Of a stretch of DNA of 49,411 nt, positions 1 through 9,472 are shown one piece after another. Under the pieces are notes generated by a model. That model had not been told where the DNA came from. It saw only the letters and a program-made list of their open reading frames with translations, and did no database searches. Within the stretch, counting starts at the first letter, position 1. Each line of letters opens with the position of its first letter. Source of the DNA: Verrucomicrobiales bacterium (GTDB taxonomy: Bacteria; Verrucomicrobiota; Verrucomicrobiia; Limisphaerales; UBA9464). The stretch is from NCBI GenBank assembly GCA_040375265.1, contig JBEISV010000002.1:1-49411 (forward strand), read 5' to 3'. The position numbers and the translations under genes were made by a program.

Positions 1-581
1 CCTGCTGGTCGGCGGCGGTCAGGTCGGAATCGACGATGTCCTTGTGGTAGACCTCGTGCTTGTAGCCTTCGATGACGGTCTCGAAGGGTTCGTGGTCTTC
101 GCCTTCGCGCTTCTGCACGCCGAGGACGACGTCGCCATACATCTGAATGAAGCGGCGGTAGCAATCCCACGCGAAGCGTTCATTGCCGGTGGCCTTGGCC
201 AGGGCGAGGACCGACTGGTCGTTCAAGCCGAGGTTCAAGATCGTGTCCATCATGCCGGGCATGGAATCACGCGCACCGGAACGGACGGCGACGAGCAGCG
301 GCATGCCAGAGGTGGCGCCGAACTTCGTGCCCATGATCTTCTCCATGTTGGAGACACCGGCTTCCATCTGGGCCTGGAGTTCCTTCGGATAGGAACGCTT
401 GTTGGCGTAGAAGTAGGTGCAGACCTCGGTGGTGATCGTGAATCCCGGAGGAACGGGGAGACCGATGCGGGTCATTTCGGCGAGGTTGGCGCCCTTGCCG
501 CCGAGGAGGGCCTTCATGGACCCGTCGCCGTCGGCTTTCTTGTTGCCCCAAGTGTAAACGTATTTCGGTGCTTTTGGCATA
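1..581 (-). CDS. ppdK: pyruvate, phosphate dikinase, N-terminal fragment (gene continues past the window start)
   Basis: Absent from the ORF track because it is open at the window edge. My reverse-strand translation from the ATG at 581-579 reads [54 protein letters not shown]...[27 protein letters not shown]. This is the canonical PPDK nucleotide-binding N-terminus. Confidence 0.85.
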
Positions 582-662
582 ACTGCTGTCTGTCTTTTGT
601 GGAAATCAGGCGGCAAACCGCCGGAAAAGTGAGGCGCGACGCTAACAGGGGCGGGGGAAGCG

Positions 663-1934
663 TCAACGGCGAGAAATTCCCGGAACCAGCCCCGGCGCGG
701 GGCTGGTCGCCCGCGCGGGAGACACGATCCGGTAGAAGCGGGCCGATTCCGGCCGGTCGGTCACCTCGACCGTGCGGGCCGGGCCATCGGCGATGAACGG
801 GACGAACAGCTCAAATAGAGCGTCCGGCGCCGCACCGGCCAAGACCGAGTAGGACACGCCCGCGGCCGCCGAGAAGCGCAGGCGCAACTGGCCGTCGGCC
901 AGCAGTTCGGTGGTGACCGGCAAGGGGGCGTCGGCGGTCCGGGGATTTCTCCCGGCGTGGAACTCCCCGAGGTTGAGCAGACCATCCGCGTCAGCATCGA
1001 TTGCGCCGTCATCCGGGTCGGCGGGATCCAGGCCGAAGCAGGCCTCCCAATCGTCGGGCATTCCGTCTCCGTCGGTGTCGAATTCGCTCTGGTTCGCCGC
1101 GCCGGGCGTGGCCACCGAAAGCACGGCGACAAACGGGCCGCCATCCGGCAGCCGCCCCGAGGTGAATCCGTTTCGGAACGGTTCGGTGGATACTTGATCC
1201 AGGGTTTCACCGTCGGGGCCGAGCAGGGAAATCGCCCCGGAGCCGCCGGCCAGCGTAAAGCCGAGGTTGCCGAATCCAGGTGGCCGGCCGGCGTCCGCGG
1301 AAAAGGTCGGCCAGCCGAATGGTTCGACCCAACTCAGCGGCGCGAAGCGGAAGCGGTGGGTGACGCCGTCGTGGGTTTGGACCAATTGGGCGCCGGCCAA
1401 ATTGACGGGCAACGCGGCCCGGTTGTGCAGCTCCAGCCAACCTGCTTCGGTGGCAGTGCCGAAGCTCCATTCGTTCAGGCGGACGTCGGCAAGTTGGCCC
1501 AGCGGAGCCGCCTCCCCGTTGGAATGGCCAGGCGAGGGCTCGGCCTGGAGCACCCATTCATTGGCGGTCCGGCCCACACTTTCCCGGGGCAGTTGCGGGC
1601 CGTATTCAAGCGCATCGACCAGGGTTCCATCCGCGGCGCGCAGCTCGATCCGGGCGCCCGTGGCGGGGAACCGGAGCTGGGTCACTTGCTCCGGCAGCAG
1701 CCGGAAATCGCCTGGGCCGATCGCGGAATCTGGCCCCAGCGTCCAAGCGATCGGGTTGGTCCCGGACGAAACGCGGATTTCCCAGCCGGCGAGGTCCACC
1801 AACTGGTCGGAAGGATTAGCGAGTTCCAGCCAGTCCGCCGGGGCGTTCGCGAGCAATTCGTTGAGCCGAACCGTCTCCGCGCCGACGCCGGTGCACGCGG
1901 CGAGGATCAGGCAGCTGCCGGCGAAGAAGTTCAT
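663..1934 (-). CDS. secreted lamin-tail-domain (LTD) protein with thrombospondin type-3-like Asp-rich repeats
   Basis: N-terminal signal peptide ([16 protein letters not shown]). Two LTD-like segments ([32 protein letters not shown] and [28 protein letters not shown]). [12 protein letters not shown] / [13 protein letters not shown] calcium-binding-type repeats. Confidence 0.65.
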   Translation of the reverse strand: MNFFAGSCLILAACTGVGAETVRLNELLANAPADWLELANPSDQLVDLAGWEIRVSSGTNPIAWTLGPDSAIGPGDFRLLPEQVTQLRFPATGARIELRAADGTLVDALEYGPQLPRESVGRTANEWVLQAEPSPGHSNGEAAPLGQLADVRLNEWSFGTATEAGWLELHNRAALPVNLAGAQLVQTHDGVTHRFRFAPLSWVEPFGWPTFSADAGRPPGFGNLGFTLAGGSGAISLLGPDGETLDQVSTEPFRNGFTSGRLPDGGPFVAVLSVATPGAANQSEFDTDGDGMPDDWEACFGLDPADPDDGAIDADADGLLNLGEFHAGRNPRTADAPLPVTTELLADGQLRLRFSAAAGVSYSVLAGAAPDALFELFVPFIADGPARTVEVTDRPESARFYRIVSPARATSPAPGLVPGISRR

Positions 1935-1947
1935 GCCGGGAGCGGGT

Positions 1948-2763
1948 TCAGGCGCCGAATTTCTCCCGCAGATAGCGGCGGCTTTCGCGGGCGATGACTT
2001 CGGGACCTTCCTCGAAATTGAACACCTCCACCGAAACGTCGCCGGCGTAACCGACTTCCTTCAGCGCGCCGGCAATCGGGCCGAAATCAACGGCACCAAA
2101 GCCGGGCCCTTTCAGGTTCACGTCATTGGCGTGGAAGTAGACGAACTTGCCGGCAGACTCGCGGATGATCTGCGGGATGAGCTTGGGCTCGGACGACATC
2201 GCCTTCACGTCGAGCATGATCCGGAACGCCTTCGACCCGGCGCGTTCCGCGAGCGCGATGGCGTCGGCCGCCGTGTTGAGGAAATTGGTTTCGGTGGGTG
2301 ACAGTGGTTCGAGGCAGATCGTGATGCCGTGTTGCTCGGCCCGCTGGATGGCCCGGGCAAACGAATCGAGGCAATGGTCCGCGCCTTCCGCCGCGGTCAC
2401 GCCGGGCATCAGGTCGCGGCGTTTTGGGGAACCGAAGATCATGAACTGGCCGCCGAGGTCCGCGCAGAAATCGATGGCAGCCGTCAGGTAGTCGCTGGTG
2501 CGGGCGCGCACCGCGGCATCGGGATGGGTCACGTAGAAACCTTCGGTGTAGGCGAGCACCCAGTGGATGCCGGAAATGGCGATTCCCGCCTGCTCGGCGG
2601 TCGTCCGCAGCTCGCGCCGCTGTCCCGCCGAAATGTCCGTGACCAAGGGACTGACGGTGAACGGGGCCACCTCGATGGCTTCATAGCCGGCCTCGCGGGC
2701 AAAGACGCAGGCCCGCTCAAATGACCAGTCCTTGAAGATCTCGTTACAGATGGTGAAGCGCAT
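1948..2763 (-). CDS. sugar phosphate isomerase/epimerase (xylose isomerase-like TIM barrel, AP_endonuc_2 family)
   Basis: The conserved domain begins at MRFTICNEIFKDWSFERACVFAREAGYEAIEV (ATG at 2763-2761). The longer track ORF (to 3513) adds a compositionally aberrant Arg/Gly-rich extension that overlaps the divergent gene. Confidence 0.75.
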   Translation of the reverse strand: MRFTICNEIFKDWSFERACVFAREAGYEAIEVAPFTVSPLVTDISAGQRRELRTTAEQAGIAISGIHWVLAYTEGFYVTHPDAAVRARTSDYLTAAIDFCADLGGQFMIFGSPKRRDLMPGVTAAEGADHCLDSFARAIQRAEQHGITICLEPLSPTETNFLNTAADAIALAERAGSKAFRIMLDVKAMSSEPKLIPQIIRESAGKFVYFHANDVNLKGPGFGAVDFGPIAGALKEVGYAGDVSVEVFNFEEGPEVIARESRRYLREKFGA

Positions 2764-2859
2764 GGCCGGAAGCCTAGCAAGGGCCCGAGGACAGGGCACG
2801 CGAATCTCCCGCTTCGTTCCTTGCGCGAACCGGTCCGGCCCGCGTTTGCTTGGCGCCCG

Positions 2860-3888
2860 ATGAAACGATTCGTGCTGTGGGGCGGCGCCTTGTTGGCGTT
2901 CGCGGTTCGCGTGTGCGGCTGGGATTACGAGGGACACCGCCTGATCAATGAGCTGGCCCTCGCGAGTTTGCCGACGAATTTCCCCGCGTTTGTCCGCGAG
3001 CCCGCCCATACCGAACGCATCGCCTTCCTGGCCGGGGAGGCGGACCGCTGGCGTAACACCAGCGAACTCGGCCTCAAGCACGCCAACAACCCCGACCATT
3101 TCCTCGACCTCGAGGACCTGCCCGCGCTCGGGCTCAGCGTGTCGAATGTCAGCGCCTTCCGGCACGAGTTTGTCGCCCAAGTCACGCTCGCCCGGGCGAA
3201 GGACCCGGCAAAGTTTCCGCCGACCGATCCGCAGGTGGACCAGGACCGCACCAAGTGGTTGCCCGGCTTCCTGCCGTGGCGGATCACCGAGGACTACGGC
3301 CGCCTCAAGTCCGCGTTCAGCTACCTGCGCACCTTCGAGCAGTTCGGCGGCACTCCGGAAGAAATCGCCAATGCCCGCGGCAACGTGGTTTACCTGATGG
3401 GCCTCATGGGCCATTTCATCGGCGACACCGTTCAGCCCCTGCACGTCACCCGAAACTACAACGGCTGGGTGATGGCCAATCCCAACGGCTACACGACGAA
3501 CCGCACCTTTCACGCGTGGATCGACGGCGGTTACCTCCGCAAGGTCGGGCTAGACCGGGCGGCGTTGGTGGCCCGGATCAATCCGGCGAAGTCTGTCTGG
3601 GAACGGACGCCCGGGGCAAATCGCGACAATCTGTTCCCGCTGGCCCTCGCGTTCGTGGCGCAGCAGGCCCCGCACGTCGAGGCGCTGTATCAGATGGAGA
3701 AGGACGGCCGCCTGTCGGGCAACGGCGAGCGCGGATTGGAAGGCCGGGAGTTCCTTGGCCGGCAAATGCTGTTCGGCGGCCAGATGCTCGGGGACCTTTG
3801 GCTCACCGCCTGGCAGACGGCACCGGTGGACGGTTACCTGCGGAGCCAGTTGGTGCTCCGGCAGACCGGCGGGGTCCCGCCGAAATAA
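2860..3888 (+). CDS. secreted S1/P1 nuclease / zinc phospholipase C-fold protein
   Basis: Signal peptide MKRFVLWGGALLAFAVRVCG is followed by Trp (WDYEGHRLI), the N-terminal zinc-ligand Trp typical of this fold. A histidine/aspartate motif GHFIGDTVQPLHVT resembles the S1/P1 HxxGDxxQPLH motif. I chose the ATG at 2860 rather than the TTG at 2821. Confidence 0.5.
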   Translation: MKRFVLWGGALLAFAVRVCGWDYEGHRLINELALASLPTNFPAFVREPAHTERIAFLAGEADRWRNTSELGLKHANNPDHFLDLEDLPALGLSVSNVSAFRHEFVAQVTLARAKDPAKFPPTDPQVDQDRTKWLPGFLPWRITEDYGRLKSAFSYLRTFEQFGGTPEEIANARGNVVYLMGLMGHFIGDTVQPLHVTRNYNGWVMANPNGYTTNRTFHAWIDGGYLRKVGLDRAALVARINPAKSVWERTPGANRDNLFPLALAFVAQQAPHVEALYQMEKDGRLSGNGERGLEGREFLGRQMLFGGQMLGDLWLTAWQTAPVDGYLRSQLVLRQTGGVPPK

Positions 3889-3959
3889 TCCGTAAGCAAT
3901 TCACCAACTTGGCCTTGCACTTGCCTTCCGAATGGCGTTCTTAGCGCGCGCTCTGGGAC

Positions 3960-4307
3960 ATGGTTGTCCCGTGCGCCGTTAAATCGCCACCGATGCACCC
4001 ACTTCGTCCCGCCAGTTCGCCGTTGCAACGCCTTCAAGTGAAGGCGACCCAGAAGCCCGTGAACTTCCTCTGCCTGGCCCCGCAGGCGCAGAGCGTTTTC
4101 CTGGTCGGGGATTTCAACGACTGGGATGCGACCAGTCACCCGATGAAGAAGGGCTTCGACGGCTCCTGGCAGCTGGCGGTCACCTTGGGCCACGGCGGCC
4201 ACCACTACCAATTCCTCGTGGATGGCAAACCGGTCAACGACCCCCGGGCCCAGGGCCTCGCCCGCAACGAGCGCGGAGAAAAAGTGTCGATGATCCTCGT
4301 CAGCTGA
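3960..4307 (+). CDS. small glycogen-binding (CBM48 / AMPK-beta-like E-set) domain protein
   Basis: VNFLCLAPQAQSVFLVGDFNDWDATSHPMKKGFDGSWQLAVTLGHGGHHYQFLVDGKPVNDP matches the CBM48 / isoamylase N-terminal domain pattern. The start is uncertain (alternative ATG at 3993). Confidence 0.6.
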   Translation: MVVPCAVKSPPMHPLRPASSPLQRLQVKATQKPVNFLCLAPQAQSVFLVGDFNDWDATSHPMKKGFDGSWQLAVTLGHGGHHYQFLVDGKPVNDPRAQGLARNERGEKVSMILVS

Positions 4308-4345
4308 CGCCCGGGCCGAAGAGGCCGTTTGCCGGCGGGCGCTGG

Positions 4346-4657
4346 ATGGCGGAGGTTGGCGTCATGAAGTTGCTTTCGCTGACTGAAATCCGCTCCACCC
4401 AAGCTTCGGTCCCGCAATGGTGCCGCCGGGGCAAAACCATCCGGCGCGAGCTGGTCTTCCCCGATTTCGTGGCGGCGATGAAGTTCGTGAACGCCGTCGC
4501 CCGGGCGGCGGAAAAGGCCCAGCACCACCCCGACATCGACATCCGCTGGAACCGGGTGACGCTGACCCTGACCACCCATGACGCCGGCGGCCTGACGGCC
4601 AACGATTTCGCGCTCGCAGCCATCCTGGATCGGTGCGCCGCCAGATGGACGGCCTGA
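4346..4657 (+). CDS. 4a-hydroxytetrahydrobiopterin (pterin-4-alpha-carbinolamine) dehydratase
   Basis: [51 protein letters not shown] is the PCD family signature, including HHPD. The start is uncertain (alternative ATG at 4364). Confidence 0.8.
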   Translation: MAEVGVMKLLSLTEIRSTQASVPQWCRRGKTIRRELVFPDFVAAMKFVNAVARAAEKAQHHPDIDIRWNRVTLTLTTHDAGGLTANDFALAAILDRCAARWTA

Positions 4658-4751
4658 AGGTGCATTCCCGATAGGGCTTCGTGCCGGTTCGGCATTGCTG
4701 GGAAAGGCCGCGCCCGGCACCTTTGCGGCGCTCTCCAAAATCCCTTTTCCT

Positions 4752-5579
4752 ATGCGGAACCCCAGCCCACTCCCCGCCTGCACCGCCGCCCGTCGGGCGT
4801 TTACCCTGATCGAGCTGCTGGTCGTGATTGCGATCATCGCCATCCTCGCCGGCATGCTGCTGCCCGCGCTCGGCAAGGCGAAGGCCAAGGCGCAGCAGAC
4901 CAAGTGCATCAACAACAACCGCCAGGCAGGCCTAGGCACCATCATGTATGTGCAGGACTTCCTGGCCTATCCCGGCTGCCTGTTTGCGACGGGCGGATTC
5001 CGCTACGTCTGGGCCCCGCGCCTGTTCTCGCAGATTGGCACCAACCGCGCCGTGTTTTCGTGCCCTAGCGCGACCCCGCTCAGTTGGTGGGCCACCAACG
5101 TCAACAAGACCCTCGGCGCCCCGAACCTGACCGGCGGCGGCCGTGATCCGTGGGGCATCAGCGAGACCAGCCTGTTCTCGATGGGCTACAATGACTGGGG
5201 TGCCGCACCGGCCGGGGGTGCTCGTGGCTTGGGCGGCGACGTGGACATCTTCGGCGAGGTGAAGGAACCCGCGGTCAAGAGTCCTTCCGAAATGATCATG
5301 CTCGGCGACAGCAAGCCGGGCACGGGCGGCAAGATCACCAGCACCAGCAAGGGCAGTTTCGACGCGAACATCGACCCGACCACCGAGGCGGAATGGCCCT
5401 CCAACCGCCATGGCGGGCGGACCGTCCTGATGTTCTGCGACGGCCACACGGAAGCCGCCCGGCGCAACGACGTGATCGACCCGAACAATGACACCTGGCA
5501 TCGGCGTTGGAACAACGACAACGGCCTGTCGGCCAGGTGGAACTTCAACAAGACCACGGCGGCCAAAATTGATCCGTGA
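4752..5579 (+). CDS. prepilin-type N-terminal cleavage/methylation domain protein, DUF1559 / H-X9-DG family
   Basis: [39 protein letters not shown] is a type IV pilin-like leader and hydrophobic helix. The C-terminal [15 protein letters not shown] contains H-x9-DG. ATG at 4752. Confidence 0.85.
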   Translation: MRNPSPLPACTAARRAFTLIELLVVIAIIAILAGMLLPALGKAKAKAQQTKCINNNRQAGLGTIMYVQDFLAYPGCLFATGGFRYVWAPRLFSQIGTNRAVFSCPSATPLSWWATNVNKTLGAPNLTGGGRDPWGISETSLFSMGYNDWGAAPAGGARGLGGDVDIFGEVKEPAVKSPSEMIMLGDSKPGTGGKITSTSKGSFDANIDPTTEAEWPSNRHGGRTVLMFCDGHTEAARRNDVIDPNNDTWHRRWNNDNGLSARWNFNKTTAAKIDP

Positions 5580-5808
5580 TGGTGGGGAGGGCCTGGATCG
5601 GTCCCATTGGGAAACCGGCCTGACGTCCCTCCCGTCTTCCGGATCGTGCCCGCCTTTCGCTCCGGCCGAGCCCTGATCGTCCATCTCGGGTTCGCGGCGA
5701 TGTTTCGTCGGGTGCGTCCGGCGAGTCCCAATCCGCCGACAGCTTCTTGCCGAAGGCGCAAAACCTTGGCTTTGGTCAGGGAGGGATTCGTCCCAAGCTC
5801 GAAGCGGC

Positions 5809-8649
5809 ATGAGAAAACAAGCTAGCCTGTGGGGCAGGGTGGCCGAATCGGCCGGCCGATTGTCCCGCACCGGGTTCGTTGCGCTAGTCGGTGTCGCCCT
5901 GGCCGGTTTCCTGGCCCGCGGGTTCGCCGCGGGCGCGGAAACGGATCCGGCGCCGGTTCCCGGGATTCGTCGCCTGCCGGTCACCACCGGATGGCTGGGG
6001 AACACGCTGCTGCGCGGCGGTGCGGCGGACTGGTCCGACTCCTCGCAGACCTATCTTCAGCTTTACACCAGCGACCTCGCAGTGACTCCGGAAGGGTTCG
6101 TTTTCTGCACTACCCCGTGGGAGGAGGGGGGACGGGCTGCGGGGGTCTATCGGGACGGAGATGCCTTGTCAGAGATACCCTCCCTTGGGATCAACTCCGG
6201 AGCCGCGGTGGCGGCCAGCGGGCACTGGCTCGCCTACGGGCGCAACGGGCGGGTGGCCCTTTTCATGCGATCGCCCGGGACCACATATCAGCCGGCCTCC
6301 GGTCGCGAGCTGGTCTTTGATTCGCGGCCCGACGCCCCGATGGTGATTGGCGTGGGTCTGGACGAGCCGCGGGATCGGCTATATGCGGCCGACGAAAACG
6401 GGGCGATCCGTTCGTTCCAACTGAGCACGGGCAAGCTCCTGCCGGGCGTCGGGTTTCAGGTGGCTCGCGCCGGTCCGCTGCGGGTGGATGCCGGCGGCAA
6501 CCTTTGGGTGTTGCGACCCGCAACCACGGGCGCGCTCCGGCGGTTGGAGGCGCGGGGCTTCGCCAGCGAATCTGTTCCAGGCCGAGGGGTTGATGGCGCG
6601 CTCGCGCCGGCCGGGGCCACGAATTGGTTCGAGGCCAGGGCGGAGGACGGATTCTGCGGGATCGAGTTCGACCAGCCGACCGCCGTGCAGGTGCTCCGTT
6701 TTTCCGGGGCGGGGTTCACGACGTTTGTCGGGGCGAACCTTCAGGCGAGCGCGAACGGCCGCGGCGGACCGTGGACCAATTTGGTCGCGTTCCAGCACGA
6801 ACCCCGCGGTTGGCCGGAAACCGTGCTCACCTTGGACGGCCGCCCGTGGCGGGCGCTCCGGGTTGCCGGCAGCCGCCTGGGGTTGAACGGCTTGGCGGCC
6901 TTTGGGCGGGAGCCTGCCAGTCCCGGGGCGGTCACGAAGTTCAGCCCGGACGGCAAGCTCCTCGCCTCGATTGAAACCGTGGCGGAGCCGCTCGCCCTGG
7001 CCTTGGATCCCGCGCGGGACCGCTTGCTGGTAGCCGACAATTCGGTGGCCCAACAGATCGTTGCCTTCACCGGTCTCGCCGGCACTCCGCGCCTCGACGT
7101 GTCCTTTGGGGTCCAAGGGCGTTTCGGCCGGCCGGGTGGGCTGCCGGCCGCCGGCGGCTCGCTGGGCGAACCGCGGTTCGACACCGTGCGCGGGCTGGGG
7201 GTGGACGGGGCGGGCAACCTTCACGTCTTCAGCGTTGGTGGCACGGGGATGAGCCAGAGCCGGCTCGAGTGTTTTTCCCCCACGGGCGAGCTGCGTTGGC
7301 GGATGGGCGGGTTGGCCTTCCTGGATTCCGCCGAACTGGATCCCGCCGACCCGCAGGCGGCCTGGAGTTGCACGGCGCGCTATCGTCGTGATCCCGCCGG
7401 GCGGCTGGGTGACGGCTGGGGATTGGTGGCCACCACGGTGGATCGGTTCCGTTTTCCCGAAGATCCGCGGCTGAACGGAGGGGGGGCACAGATACTCGGC
7501 ATCCGTCGTCTTGGAGGCCGCCCCTTCCTGTTCACCACGACCCAATATGGCACGCCGGTGTCGGTCTTCCGTTTCGAGGACGACAGTTCGACTGCCATCC
7601 CCTGCGCCTACCTTGCCGGCATGCGGACGGGCCGCGAATGGCCTCCAGGCCAACCGCCCGGGGCCGGCCTCACCCTGTGGCGGGATGCGGACGGCGACGG
7701 CAGGTTTCGCGCCGAGGAATTCGAGAAGGACGTGGACCTTTGCCCCGGTCCCCTGACGCTGGATGCCGCCGGCAATCTCTGGCTGCTGGTCGAAGGCAAG
7801 GCCATCCGCCGGATTGATGCCGGGCCACCGGACGCCCGGGGGACGCCGCGATGGAGCCTGGTGCCGGAAGGCGGCAAGTCGTTTGCCTGGCCGCCGCCCT
7901 TCGCGGGTGCCGGAGCCTCCATCCGGGGACTGGAAGTTGCGCCGGACGGACAGGCCCTGTTCGTGTTCGGCTTCACGTCCGAGTTGCCCAGCGTGATTGG
8001 CCACAACCTGCCCCTCGGCCGGTTGTTGGTCCGTTATGCCATTGGCGCCACGGGGCTGACGGAAACCCACCGGACTGTCCTGCCCTACGACGTGAATCTG
8101 CAGGATGCGCCCGGCGACCAAGCCTACGCTGCGAGCATCGCGGGGGACTATCTGTTTGTCGGTTACGAACAGCGGATGACGGTGCTGGTTTACCGGGCCG
8201 CGACCTTGGAAATCGTGGGCCGCCTTGACCTCGGGCCGCAGAGCCAGACCCCGATCTTTGACGGTCCGCCCGAGCTGATCGCGGCGCAGCGCGGCGACAC
8301 CTACGAGCTCTTCTTCCCGCAATACACGGGCAACGCGACGAGCATTCTAACTTGGCGGCCAGCCGATGTCGGCTGGGTTCCGGCTCCCGAACGGTTCCGG
8401 GCCGTGCCCGGTTTCGAGGCGACGTTGCTGGAATGGACTGCGCCACCCACCGTCACGGCGTGGAAGATTCAGCGACGGACTTTGGCTGCCGCCGGGTGGT
8501 CAGCGTGGCAGGACCTGACGAGCGGCACCGGGGCCGCAACGTCATGGCGAGACTTGTCGGCGCCGAAGGCAGGCGTCGGGTATCGGGTGCGAGTGGCCGT
8601 AGGCGCGGCGGAGTCTGATTGGTCCAAGACGGCCTACGTTCGGCCTTGA
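5809..8649 (+). CDS. large secreted beta-propeller (NHL/SMP-30-like repeats) protein with C-terminal fibronectin type III-like domain
   Basis: 946-aa ORF with a hydrophobic N-terminal segment. Repeated motifs include DxxxDRLYVAD / GVDGAGNLHVFS / LDAAGNLWLL. The C-terminus (FEATLLEWTAPPTVTAWKIQRR...GYRVRVAV) is FN3-like. The domain calls come from motif reading only. Confidence 0.55.
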   Translation: MRKQASLWGRVAESAGRLSRTGFVALVGVALAGFLARGFAAGAETDPAPVPGIRRLPVTTGWLGNTLLRGGAADWSDSSQTYLQLYTSDLAVTPEGFVFCTTPWEEGGRAAGVYRDGDALSEIPSLGINSGAAVAASGHWLAYGRNGRVALFMRSPGTTYQPASGRELVFDSRPDAPMVIGVGLDEPRDRLYAADENGAIRSFQLSTGKLLPGVGFQVARAGPLRVDAGGNLWVLRPATTGALRRLEARGFASESVPGRGVDGALAPAGATNWFEARAEDGFCGIEFDQPTAVQVLRFSGAGFTTFVGANLQASANGRGGPWTNLVAFQHEPRGWPETVLTLDGRPWRALRVAGSRLGLNGLAAFGREPASPGAVTKFSPDGKLLASIETVAEPLALALDPARDRLLVADNSVAQQIVAFTGLAGTPRLDVSFGVQGRFGRPGGLPAAGGSLGEPRFDTVRGLGVDGAGNLHVFSVGGTGMSQSRLECFSPTGELRWRMGGLAFLDSAELDPADPQAAWSCTARYRRDPAGRLGDGWGLVATTVDRFRFPEDPRLNGGGAQILGIRRLGGRPFLFTTTQYGTPVSVFRFEDDSSTAIPCAYLAGMRTGREWPPGQPPGAGLTLWRDADGDGRFRAEEFEKDVDLCPGPLTLDAAGNLWLLVEGKAIRRIDAGPPDARGTPRWSLVPEGGKSFAWPPPFAGAGASIRGLEVAPDGQALFVFGFTSELPSVIGHNLPLGRLLVRYAIGATGLTETHRTVLPYDVNLQDAPGDQAYAASIAGDYLFVGYEQRMTVLVYRAATLEIVGRLDLGPQSQTPIFDGPPELIAAQRGDTYELFFPQYTGNATSILTWRPADVGWVPAPERFRAVPGFEATLLEWTAPPTVTAWKIQRRTLAAAGWSAWQDLTSGTGAATSWRDLSAPKAGVGYRVRVAVGAAESDWSKTAYVRP

Positions 8650-8803
8650 GGCCTCGTTTCGCGGGTGAACCGAGGGTGAACGGAATGGTTGGAACGCCGG
8701 GTTGCCACCACGTTCGGATCAATTGGGGACGACTTCCAGATGCGCCCGGCGGCCGGCGGTGGCCGGTTGACACCGCCGCGTCCCCCTCCACCTTCCCGCA
8801 GCC

Positions 8804-9346
8804 ATGAAACTTCTCCGCCTGCTCTCGCTCACTGCCGTGCTCACCATGACCGCCTTTGCCGCCAACCTCCGCGAAATCCCCCTCAAGGACATCGACGGGA
8901 AGGACACCTCGCTCAAGGCTTTCGACGGCAAGGTCGTGCTGGTCGTGAACGTCGCCTCGAAGTGCGGCCTGACCCCGCAATACGAGGCGCTGGAAAAGCT
9001 CTACGGCCAATACAAGGACAAGGGTTTGGTGATCGTCGGCTTCCCGTGCAACGACTTCGGCGCCCAAGAACCCGGCACCGCCGAGGAGATCAAGACGTTC
9101 TGCTCGACCAAATACAAGGTGACCTTCCCGCTGATGGAAAAGCTCCACGTGAAGGGCGCCGAACAACATCCGCTCTACGCGGCATTGACCGGCAAGGACG
9201 CGAAGTTCCCGGGCGACATCAAGTGGAACTTCGGCAAGTTCCTGGTGGGCAAGAATGGCGAAGTCCTCCACCGCTTTGAGCCCCGCACTACTCCGGACGA
9301 TTCCTCGGTGACCGCCGCCATCGAAGCGGCCCTCAAGGCCAAGTAA
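8804..9346 (+). CDS. glutathione peroxidase (Cys-type), with signal peptide
   Basis: VVLVVNVASKCGLTPQYEALEKLYGQYKDKGLVIVGFPCNDFGAQEPG and WNFGKFLV are GPx signatures. The catalytic residue is encoded by TGC (Cys), not TGA. The N-terminus MKLLRLLSLTAVLTMTAFA is a signal peptide. Confidence 0.9.
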   Translation: MKLLRLLSLTAVLTMTAFAANLREIPLKDIDGKDTSLKAFDGKVVLVVNVASKCGLTPQYEALEKLYGQYKDKGLVIVGFPCNDFGAQEPGTAEEIKTFCSTKYKVTFPLMEKLHVKGAEQHPLYAALTGKDAKFPGDIKWNFGKFLVGKNGEVLHRFEPRTTPDDSSVTAAIEAALKAK

Positions 9347-9362
9347 GGTTTTCCGCTTCCAC

Positions 9363-9403
9363 ACGACCCGGCCGCCGCGTGGCGCCGGGTCGTTTTGCTT
9401 TCC
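9363..9403 (+). terminator. rho-independent terminator downstream of glutathione peroxidase
   Basis: 10-bp perfect stem ACGACCCGGC / GCCGGGTCGT (9363-9372 pairs with 9384-9393), followed by TTTTGCTTT. Confidence 0.7.
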
Positions 9404-9472
9404 GGACCAGGCGGCGGACGCGGAATTGACTTGTTGGCCTTGCCGCCCAACTTCGCCGCAACGATTGCCGCG

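Noticed and set aside
44-1997. Long plus-strand ORFs (44-796, 957-1997, 1267-2301) overlapping ppdK, the LTD gene and the isomerase gene
   Set aside because: They are antisense to genes with clear family signatures. Their products are Arg/Gly/Ala-rich with no recognisable motifs, which is typical of antisense-frame artefacts in high-GC DNA.
2764-3513. N-terminal 250-aa extension of the 1948-3513 track ORF
   Set aside because: The conserved TIM-barrel domain starts at the ATG at 2763. The extension overlaps the well-supported plus-strand nuclease-like gene and has aberrant composition.
5583-5640. GGGAGGG...CCCTCCC long-range pairing after the DUF1559 gene as a terminator
   Set aside because: The loop is about 35 nt and no U-tract follows, so support is too weak to annotate.
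6379-8322. 647-aa minus-strand ORF inside the 946-aa propeller gene, plus similar long antisense ORFs elsewhere
   Set aside because: The other ORFs are 8453-9736, 11824-13203, 14497-15756, 16606-17595, 17725-18924, 19333-20724 and 19907-21385. All are opposite genes with strong homology signatures or a single giant ORF. They are extremely Arg/Pro/Gly-rich with no domain motifs, so I judge them non-coding.
8804-9346. Selenocysteine recoding in glutathione peroxidase
   Set aside because: The active-site codon is TGC (Cys), the ORF has no in-frame TGA, and no SECIS-like need exists.
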